The position numbers were made by a program, and so were the translations under genes. The notes under the pieces are model-generated. The model made no database searches. It worked only from the letters and a program-made list of their open reading frames with translations, and was not told where the DNA came from. Positions 56,517 to 64,000 of a stretch of DNA of 64,000 nt are shown here, one piece after another (the stretch's first letter is position 1; each line of letters opens with the position of its first letter). This stretch comes from Vulcanimicrobiota bacterium (GTDB taxonomy: Bacteria > Vulcanimicrobiota > Vulcanimicrobiia > Vulcanimicrobiales > Vulcanimicrobiaceae), in contig CAWETW010000003.1 in the NCBI GenBank assembly GCA_963812155.1, forward strand, positions 576,001-640,000. Direction: 5' to 3'.

Positions 56517-58453
56517 CGCCCGCTAGGCTCGCTGCGGCGCTGGGATCCGCCGTCGCGCTGGCGGCGTGCTCGAATACCAGCCTGGTTCCCATGCAAGCGA
56601 CTCGCGGCGCCCCGAGCGCCGCTGCCGGGCGAATGGCCGGCACCCTGCACCTCAAACCGTGCTTTCCCGAACGCGAGTACTATTGCGGAACGTTACGCCG
56701 CCCGCTCGATCCGGCCGGCCAGGTGCCGGGAACGATCGACGTCGCGTTCGCGTGGCTTCCGCATTCCGACGCTCGCCGGCGCGCGGCCGGCACGATCGTC
56801 GCGGTCGAGGGCGGCCCCGGATATCCGTCGATCGGTTCGCGCGCGCTGTATCGCGGCCTGTATGCGCCGCTGCTCGCGACCCGCGATCTGCTGGTCGTAG
56901 ACAACCGCGGAACCGGCGCGTCGGCCATCATCGACTGTCCGCCGCTTCAACGCGCGCCGCTGATGAAGCTGCATCAAGTCGCCGCGTGCGGCGCTCAATT
57001 GGGGAAGAAGTCGGATCTTTTCGGCACGGGCATCGCGGCCGACGACATGGCGGCGGTTCTCGCCGCGCTGCACGTTGCGCGCGTGGATTTCTACGGCGAT
57101 TCCTACGGCACGTTTTTCGTGCAGGCGTTCGCCGGGCGCCATCCGCATGCGGTGCGTTCCATCGTCCTCGACGGCGCGTATCCCGTAACCGGCGGCAGCC
57201 CGTGGTATCCGAGTTCGGGCCGGCAGATGCGCGATGCCTTCGATCTGGTCTGCCGGCGTTCCGACGTGTGCTCGAAACTGCCGGGATCGTCTCCGGAGCG
57301 CATCGAGCATCTGATCGCGGCGCTGCGCCGGGGGGACGCGCCGGGCATCACGGCGTCGGATCTCTCGTTCGTGATGGACTCGGCCGGTCTCGACCCGCTC
57401 GCGTATCGCGATCTCGACGCTGCGGCGCGCGCGATGCGCGACGGCAGCGATCTCGTTCCGTTACGGCGATTGGTGCGGGAGGCGTACGCCTACGACGAGG
57501 GAGCGGGCAGCGCGGCCAAGCGCTACAGCCAAGGCCTGTTTGCGGCGGCGAGCTGCTCGGACAATCCGCAAGCCTACGACATGCGGCTCGAACCTGCGCA
57601 ACGCGTGCGGCGCTGGCAAGAGACGCTCGCGCGCAAGCAAGCCGAAAGGCCGGACCTCTACGCTCCGTTCTCGATCGCCGAATTCTTGGGCATGCCGCCC
57701 GACTATGCGTACGTGCCGCTCTGCCTCCCATGGCCGGTTCCGTCGCGGTTGCATCCTTCGGGTCAGCCCGTTCCGCCCGGAACGCGCTTTCCGGACGTTC
57801 CCGTCCTGGTGCTCACCGGCGATCTCGACACGATTACGACGCCGCAAGAAGGGGATGCGGCCACGCGGCTCTTTCCGCACGCGCGTCACGTCATCGTCGC
57901 CAACACGGTGCACGTCAGTGCGCTCGACGACTACAAAGGTTGCGCGTCGGTCATCGTGCAGCGCTTCACCGAGTCGGAACGCATCGACGACGGCTGTGCC
58001 TCCCACGTTCCCGCGATGCACCTCGTTCCGTCGTTCGCGCGTTCGCTCGATGAGGTGATACCGGCGGCGCCGGCCTCAGGCAATCGGGGCACACCCGCAG
58101 ACCTGCGCGCCGCCGCGGCGTCAACGCTGGCCGCCGCCGACGTTCTCGCGCGCGCCTACGAGTTCACGCTCTCGTCGGGAACCGGATTGCGCGGCGGCAC
58201 CTTCTCGGCGGCCACCGCGCGCAGCGTCACGAGCGCCGCTCTTTCCGGAGTTGCGTGGACGCGGGATCTTTTCGTTTCGGGCACGGCGCAATCGGGAGCG
58301 CGCTCCGCGCGCGCGTCCGCGCATCTGACGCTGCAGGGTGCGGCGACTGGAACGATCGATGCAGCGTGGACGACGACCGGCAGCGGCACCGTCGCGACGA
58401 TTGCGGGAACCATCGGCGGCCGCAACGTCAATGCGACGATGCCGGCGCCATAG
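56513..58453 (+). CDS. Alpha/beta hydrolase lipoprotein (TAP-like peptidase)
   Basis: Lipobox LAAC; EGGPG, DNRGTG, GDSYGT, GDLDTITT, VH. Confidence 0.88.
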   Translation: MTPARLAAALGSAVALAACSNTSLVPMQATRGAPSAAAGRMAGTLHLKPCFPEREYYCGTLRRPLDPAGQVPGTIDVAFAWLPHSDARRRAAGTIVAVEGGPGYPSIGSRALYRGLYAPLLATRDLLVVDNRGTGASAIIDCPPLQRAPLMKLHQVAACGAQLGKKSDLFGTGIAADDMAAVLAALHVARVDFYGDSYGTFFVQAFAGRHPHAVRSIVLDGAYPVTGGSPWYPSSGRQMRDAFDLVCRRSDVCSKLPGSSPERIEHLIAALRRGDAPGITASDLSFVMDSAGLDPLAYRDLDAAARAMRDGSDLVPLRRLVREAYAYDEGAGSAAKRYSQGLFAAASCSDNPQAYDMRLEPAQRVRRWQETLARKQAERPDLYAPFSIAEFLGMPPDYAYVPLCLPWPVPSRLHPSGQPVPPGTRFPDVPVLVLTGDLDTITTPQEGDAATRLFPHARHVIVANTVHVSALDDYKGCASVIVQRFTESERIDDGCASHVPAMHLVPSFARSLDEVIPAAPASGNRGTPADLRAAAASTLAAADVLARAYEFTLSSGTGLRGGTFSAATARSVTSAALSGVAWTRDLFVSGTAQSGARSARASAHLTLQGAATGTIDAAWTTTGSGTVATIAGTIGGRNVNATMPAP

Positions 58454-58462
58454 GAGGCGCTT

Positions 58463-59695
58463 GTGTTCACTGCGTACGTCGCGAGCGCGCTGCTCGCGTG
58501 CTGCGGTCACCGAGGCGGTGCGGCGCTTTCGGCCGCCTGGCCGCAACCCGGCATGGGTGAGACGCACGCCGCGCACAACGCGCTCGAAACGACGCTCGGT
58601 GCCGGCAACCTCGATAAGCTGAGGCAACTATGGTCGTTTCCGACCCGCGGCACGATCTCCGCGCCGATCGTCGTCCAGGGTGCGACGGCGTTCGTGAGTT
58701 CGGCCGACGGTTTTCTCTATGCCGTCAACGCGCGAACCGGAGCGCAGATGTGGAAGTTTCAAACGTTCACCGACGGACAGACGCAAGACGCTCCGATCGT
58801 GTCCGGCGAGCGCGTCTTCGTCGCGTGCCTCGCGGGCGGAAAGCCGCAGCACAACGGCATGTGCGCATTACGCATTTCGAACGGAAGGCTCGCATGGAGC
58901 TACTTTCGCGACTGTGAGTGTACGCCGGCGGCCGGCCTCGCGGGCGCACCGGTCGTCTTGGGAGCGACGCTGCTCGTTCCGTACTATCAAAGTGCCGGCG
59001 GCAAAACCGTGCTGCAAGTGGTCAACGGCGATACCGGAAAGCCCCTTTGGCAGTACGCGTATCCAGGCAGCAACGGCGGCGGCCCCAGCCCCGCGGCACC
59101 GGCGATTGCAAACGGTGCCGCCTATGCCGGAGAACAATTCAGCCGCAGCGTCTGTTCGGTCAATCTCTCCAACAAAGGCGAAGATTGGTGCTTGCCGACC
59201 GACGACGACTACAACTCGGTCGCGGTGTACAAAAACGTCGTCTACGTGAACACCTACAGCCACGGGGTTTTCGCGTTCAACGCATCCAACGCTTCGCAGA
59301 TTTGGCACGCCACGCCGGGCGGCACCTATTCGGGCACGAACGATCCACCCGCAATTGCGGACGGAATCGTCTACGTCGCGGGCATCGGGTTCGACGGAAA
59401 CCTGTACGCGCTCAAGGCAACGACCGGTGCATTGATCTATGCCACGGATCCCGGAAGCGGCGGCGCGGCGATCACGCAGTCCCCGCCATCGGTTGCAAAC
59501 GGCGTCGTCTACGTCGGATGCCGCTCCGGAGTTTGCGCCTTCAACGCGAGAACCGGAAAGCTGCTGCGCGCCTTCGGCACGCCGGGAGGCCGGCAGTCGC
59601 CGCCTGCAATCGTCAATGGCGTCGTCTACGCGACCTGCGGGGCAAACGCCGCCTGCGCATACGGGCTTCCCGCCGAGCGCCCCGCTTCACGCTGA
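58463..59695 (+). CDS. Secreted PQQ-type beta-propeller protein
   Basis: Repeated YA-xA-TG-xxW and P-xANGVVY units. Confidence 0.85.
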   Translation: MFTAYVASALLACCGHRGGAALSAAWPQPGMGETHAAHNALETTLGAGNLDKLRQLWSFPTRGTISAPIVVQGATAFVSSADGFLYAVNARTGAQMWKFQTFTDGQTQDAPIVSGERVFVACLAGGKPQHNGMCALRISNGRLAWSYFRDCECTPAAGLAGAPVVLGATLLVPYYQSAGGKTVLQVVNGDTGKPLWQYAYPGSNGGGPSPAAPAIANGAAYAGEQFSRSVCSVNLSNKGEDWCLPTDDDYNSVAVYKNVVYVNTYSHGVFAFNASNASQIWHATPGGTYSGTNDPPAIADGIVYVAGIGFDGNLYALKATTGALIYATDPGSGGAAITQSPPSVANGVVYVGCRSGVCAFNARTGKLLRAFGTPGGRQSPPAIVNGVVYATCGANAACAYGLPAERPASR

Positions 59696-61172
59696 CCCGA
59701 TACGTCCGCGCAGCGCGGGTTTGTCGATTTTGCCCATGGCGTTGCGCGGCAACGCGTCGACGAAGCGAATGTCTTTCGGCACTTTAAAACTGGCAAGACG
59801 TTCGCGCAGCGCGGCCTCGATCGCCCCGGCATCGAGCGTTTCCGCCGTTTCGACGAACGCGATCGGCAGTTCGCCGCGCACGGGATCCGGCTTGCCGACG
59901 ATCGCGCAGGCCCGCACGCCGGGCAGCGCTTCGATCGCGTCCTCCACCTCGCGCGGGTAGACGTTGAAGCCGCCGGAAACGATCAACTCTTTGATCCGTC
60001 CGGCGATGCAATAAACGCCGTTCGTCGCGTCGTACAGCGCGAGATCGCCGCTGCGATACCAGCGCTCGCCGGAAGCGTCGCTCACGAACGCATCGCGGGT
60101 TGCGCCGGGCTGTTCCCAGTATCCGCAAAACACGTTCGGACCGGCCACGAGCAGTTCGCCGATTTCGCCGGGGCGCCAGCGGCGTAGCGGTTCCGGGCGC
60201 GGCGACGCGCACGCGGATGCCGGGAAAGGTCGTGCCGACGCTCCCGGGAACGCGCGGTCCGGCATAGCGGTTTCCCAACGCAAATCCGAACTCGGTCGCG
60301 CCGTAACGTTCGAGAATCGACGCACCGAAACGGCGCTCGAAGGCACGGTGCACGTCGGCCGAAAGCGCGGCCGATCCGCAGACGTAGAGGCGCAACGGCG
60401 GCGGCGGCGTTTCGGCGGCGGCTTCGAGCAGCCGAACGTACATCGTGGGAACGCCGAAGAACATCGTCACGTCGCCGTGCGCTAGTCGTTGGAAGACGTC
60501 GTGCGCGTCGAAGCGCTCGCGCAGCACGACGCGGCTGCCGGCGCACAGCGACGACGTGAGCCCGGCGATCAATCCGTGAATGTGAAAGAGCGGCAGCGTC
60601 AGCAACAGCGTATCGCGCGCTTCCCAGCGCCACGCGCTCGCCAACTGCGCCGCAATGGCGGCGACGTTTTCGTGCGAAAGCATCGCACCCTTCGCGCGTC
60701 CGGTCGTGCCGCTGGTATAGACGATCAGCGCAACGTCGTCGCGCGCAGGTCGCGCGGGAGCTTCGAGCATCGGCAGACCGGCGTCTCGCGCCCACGTTTC
60801 GACCTGCCCCGCGTCGCAGATCGCGCCTTCGAAATCGGCGGCTTCGACGAACTGCGCCACGGTTGCGGAACGGACGACCAGCCTGGGACGGGCGTCGCGC
60901 AGCACGTGTCCGAGATCGCCGGCGCGGTAAAGCACGTTCAGCGGAACCGCAATCGCGCCCAACCGTAGCGCGGCGAGATACGCGTACGCGAAGGCGTGCC
61001 GGTTCTCACTGTAGATCGCGACGCGATCGCCGGCACGCACCCCGGCTTCGACGAAGCGGCCGGCAACGCGGCGCGCCCCGTCGTGCAGTTCGCGATAGGT
61101 GACTTCGTCGAGCGCCAATGCGGCGGCGCGATCGTGAAGCGCGCCGTCGAGCAGGTCGAGCAGCGCGCTCAT
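59687..61172 (-). CDS. Acyl-CoA synthetase (MatB-like), frameshifted near 60172
   Basis: YTSGTTGRAKG, ERYGATE in one frame; GELLV.GPNVF, YRSGD, GFNVYPREVE, LPRNAMGK in the other. Confidence 0.9.
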
Positions 61173-61933
61173 CCGGCGCGCACGAGTTCGTTCGCGAGCG
61201 CGACGTCGCCGGCGCGGTCGACGTTGACGGCGGTCTGCGCAAACGGCGAGACGAGCGCGCGCACCGGCGCACCGAGAATGCGGCTGGCGCGCCCCTCGGC
61301 CTGCGCGATGCTCAGCGTTCCGGCCGCGTAACGCGCGAGCACGTTCCAGCCGAAGAGCGAGGCGAGCCGGAGGGGATGCTTGCGCGCGGCCCCCAAGCGC
61401 TCGATGAACCGTTCGAGCAGCGGCAGCGCTCGCGGTTTGATGGCGGCGAGACCTCCGCCGCAGAAGGTCCCGTCGCGTAAGCGCGCCCAGGTATGCGGCA
61501 CGTTCGGATACCGTGCGAGGTGCGTGCGCCGCTCGACGCAGCCGTAGACGACGTCGGCGTCCAGCTCGCGTACGCCGCGTGCGAAATCGTCCACCGAAAC
61601 CGCGTCGAGCACCGGCAGGTCGGAAGCGACTACGAGCACGGCGAGATCAGGCGGAAGATCCGACAGCCCGCTGCGCAAACTCTCACCGATCCGCACGCCG
61701 TCGGGGCGCAGGTCGTCGGCCGCCGCAAGCGCCGGATGCGAGCGGGTGGACGGCGGCGCGACGACGACGATGCGTCCGATCGACGCCGATGCGCGCAGCG
61801 CGGCGAGCACGCGACCGACCAGCGCGATGCCGGCGATTTCAACGAACGCTTTGTTGGGTGCGCCGGGCTGCAGCGCTGCGACGTCGTCGGCCGGTCCGCC
61901 GGCGAGCACGACCGCACACAGCGGTGCGTTCAC
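61169..61933 (-). CDS. NTP-transferase (MobA-like) family protein
   Basis: AVVLAGG...NKAF, ASDLP, AVNVDR; coupled to ispE. Confidence 0.82.
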   Translation of the reverse strand: MNAPLCAVVLAGGPADDVAALQPGAPNKAFVEIAGIALVGRVLAALRASASIGRIVVVAPPSTRSHPALAAADDLRPDGVRIGESLRSGLSDLPPDLAVLVVASDLPVLDAVSVDDFARGVRELDADVVYGCVERRTHLARYPNVPHTWARLRDGTFCGGGLAAIKPRALPLLERFIERLGAARKHPLRLASLFGWNVLARYAAGTLSIAQAEGRASRILGAPVRALVSPFAQTAVNVDRAGDVALANELVRAG

Positions 61934-62796
61934 GCGCGCCATTCCGGCGACTGCGCGAACGCCGTCGTCCAGCGCGCGTATTCCGGCGGCAGCGACAGCC
62001 GTTGGGCGATTTCGGCGGCAGCCTGCGCGTCCTGCGCGAGTGCGAAGACGCACGAGCCGGATCCGGCCAGCAAGGGGTGCACGGCGCCGGCCGCCGCAAG
62101 CGCATCGAGTGCGGTCGCCACGGGCGGCGATTCGGCGGCGATCGCGGACTGGAAATCGTTGTGCAGCAGTGACTGCACCGCTTGAAAATCGCCGCGCTGC
62201 AGTGCGGTCGCGGCGGCCAGCGAGACCGATAGGGCGCGCGAACGCATCGGCCGCTCGGTTCGATCGACGAGCGCGTACGCGTCCGCCGTCGAAACGCCCA
62301 CCGGCGGCTTCACGACCACCACATGCCAGCGAGGCATTGCCCCTAACGGCGTAACCCGTTCGCCCGTCCCCTCGACGAGCGCGCCGGTGCCGGCCAGAAA
62401 AAACGGCACGTCGGAACCCAAGGCGCGCGCGACCTGCGGCCAATCGGCGGGCGGAGGCGTCCCGAATGCGCCGCGCATGGCGGCGCCCAGCACCGCCGCC
62501 GCATCGCTCGAGCCGCCTCCGAGCCCGGCTTGCACGGGCACGTGCTTGCGCAGTTCGACGCGGTAGGCCGGCAGCGTACCGAGCGCACCCAGCGCGCGAA
62601 CGGCCAGATTCTCGTCGCCCTCCAGTTCGGTCCGATCGCAGACGAACGTGAAGCGTTCGCTCGATTCGACGATCAATTCGTCGGACAATTCGAGCGGAAC
62701 CATCACGCTGCGAATGCCGTGCAGCCCATCCGCGCGGCGCGCGAGCACTTCGAGCGTAAGGTTGATCTTCGCCGGAGCGCGGTATAGGGCCGCCAT
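61930..62796 (-). CDS. ispE: 4-diphosphocytidyl-2-C-methyl-D-erythritol kinase
   Basis: APAKINLTL, PVQAGLGGGSSDAAA, GSDVPFF, GSGS. Confidence 0.96.
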   Translation of the reverse strand: MAALYRAPAKINLTLEVLARRADGLHGIRSVMVPLELSDELIVESSERFTFVCDRTELEGDENLAVRALGALGTLPAYRVELRKHVPVQAGLGGGSSDAAAVLGAAMRGAFGTPPPADWPQVARALGSDVPFFLAGTGALVEGTGERVTPLGAMPRWHVVVVKPPVGVSTADAYALVDRTERPMRSRALSVSLAAATALQRGDFQAVQSLLHNDFQSAIAAESPPVATALDALAAAGAVHPLLAGSGSCVFALAQDAQAAAEIAQRLSLPPEYARWTTAFAQSPEWRA

Positions 62797-62878
62797 GCGG
62801 ACGGGTTTGGCGAAGCCGGCGGCGGGCGCCTGGGCGGAGGGGCCTGCGCGTCGCGTGCCGCAACAGAGCGGCGTCGAG

Positions 62879-64000
62879 ATGTCGCACAGTTACGACGCAC
62901 AGCGAAACGAGTTTTGCGCTTACGTCCTGCACGAGTCGCAGACGCCGTACGGCTTGCTGTTGGGAAACTTCAAAAGCTTCGCACAGTCGACCGCCAAGGG
63001 CGGCGTTCGCGGACTCTGGGACGCCGACACCGATCAAATCATCTTCGGCATGCATCACATCGCGTACCGTTTGCGCGAGAATGCCGAAACGAGTTACACG
63101 CTCTTTCCTCACCAGATCGAGCGCGAGCTGACGTTCCTGCCGTACGCGCAGATTTCGGAGTTCACGCTGCGCAATCGCGTGCACGTCTCCGAGTCGTTCT
63201 ACGTGCCGCACGGCCCCGAGATCGAGCGCGCGGTTGCGTTCGTGGTCGACGTCACGCTTTACAATCCCGGCCGCGACCCGATCGACGTCGCGCTCTTTCC
63301 TTGGGCGATGCTCGTCGGGCAGCGGTTCTACGGCGAGCCGGAACACGAGGTCCGCGCTTGGACCGACGGCCGCTTCATCTGTTCGAAGAACGTCGAAACC
63401 GGCGGCGAGCGCTGGTGGGGCGGTTCGCGCCAGCCGGTCGCCATCGCGATCTCGCTGCGCGAGCAGGCGCTGCTCGAAGCGATGCGGCGCTCGACGTTGC
63501 TGCGTGAGAAAACCGGGCGTGACGACGGCCCGATTCGGCCGAACTGGCCGGCCGCCGCATTTTCGGCGCGTTCGAATACGTCATCGCGTCGCACCGGGAG
63601 CCCGCGAGTCGGTGCGCTTCGCGGTGGTCTACGACAAGGACGGGAACGCCAAAAGCCGTCCGGTGCTCGAAGCGCTCCTCAACGACCCGCGCGCGCTGCA
63701 CGACACGCAGCGCTACTTCGCGGAACGTCTGGCCGACGCGCGTTTCATGACGCCGTCGCCGGAGATCAGCCGCGGCGTCGCCTGGGCGAAAGCCAACATG
63801 CTGCGCGTCGTCAAAGAGTATCCGCACGGATGGGGATCGACGAACTCGCCGCCCTCCGACATTCTGGTTTCACGCGATACGTCGTGGTTCGTACACGGCT
63901 TCGATTACTTCTGGCCGGAGTTCAGCCGCAACGCGCTCGAAGTGTTCAACCGCACAGTCGAGCCGAGCGGATTGATGGTCGAATACGTGCGCGGCGTGAG
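62879..64000 (+). CDS. Glycoside hydrolase, (alpha/alpha)6 glycogen-debranching-like; partial, two apparent frameshifts near 63533 and 63585
   Basis: Manual translation MSHSYDAQRNEF...; later frame WAKANMLRV...NSPPSDILVSRDTSWF; runs off the window. Confidence 0.6.
   Translation, partial: MSHSYDAQRNEFCAYVLHESQTPYGLLLGNFKSFAQSTAKGGVRGLWDADTDQIIFGMHHIAYRLRENAETSYTLFPHQIERELTFLPYAQISEFTLRNRVHVSESFYVPHGPEIERAVAFVVDVTLYNPGRDPIDVALFPWAMLVGQRFYGEPEHEVRAWTDGRFICSKNVETGGERWWGGSRQPVAIAISLREQALLEAMRRSTLLREKTGRDDGPIRPNWPAAAFSARSNTSSRRTGSPRVGALRGGLRQGRERQKPSGARSAPQRPARAARHAALLRGTSGRRAFHDAVAGDQPRRRLGESQHAARRQRVSARMGIDELAALRHSGFTRYVVVRTRLRLLLAGVQPQRARSVQPHSRAERIDGRIRARRE

Noticed and set aside
17324..63590. 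Frameshifts in rbsB-like (17325), trmD (27795), CDO (44775), nfo (49240), acyl-CoA synthetase (60172) and the terminal GH gene as programmed frameshifting or pseudogenes
   Set aside because: Single-base indels, mostly in short homopolymers, in unrelated genes including normally essential trmD. Sequencing or assembly error is the simplest explanation; read pileups would confirm.

Overview
GC-rich bacterial chromosomal window made up mostly of housekeeping genes: argS, rlmH, dprA, nrdR-dut-panE-like-hemQ, comM, a ribose-type ABC transporter, the trmD/rplS/3x lepB/rbgA/rnhB/yraN cluster, rplU-prp, sufB, speD/speE, gcvTH-PA-PB, scpAB, nfo, dinB, a split UvrD-like plus PD-(D/E)XK nuclease pair, ubiX and ispE. 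Terrabacteria-type genes (rbgA, prp, hemQ, scpAB) occur together with a LolA-like protein and several Cys-rich lipoproteins, which suggests Eremiobacterota/Vulcanimicrobiota (inference, not checked). I saw no rRNA, tRNA, CRISPR array, prophage or transposase. Several genes carry single-base frameshifts in homopolymers, probably long-read errors. The most unusual signals are non-coding: a 278-nt rod-like, two-fold-switchable palindromic element at the scpB/nfo junction, a 106-nt rod with a competing terminator in front of speE, a structured speD leader, and an unannotated 45-aa gene sharing a bidirectional promoter with a CGNR regulator-dinB operon. Also notable are a CTG-started nrdR with an NrdR box, an ArgRS with VVVQ in place of HIGH, and prp without rpmA.
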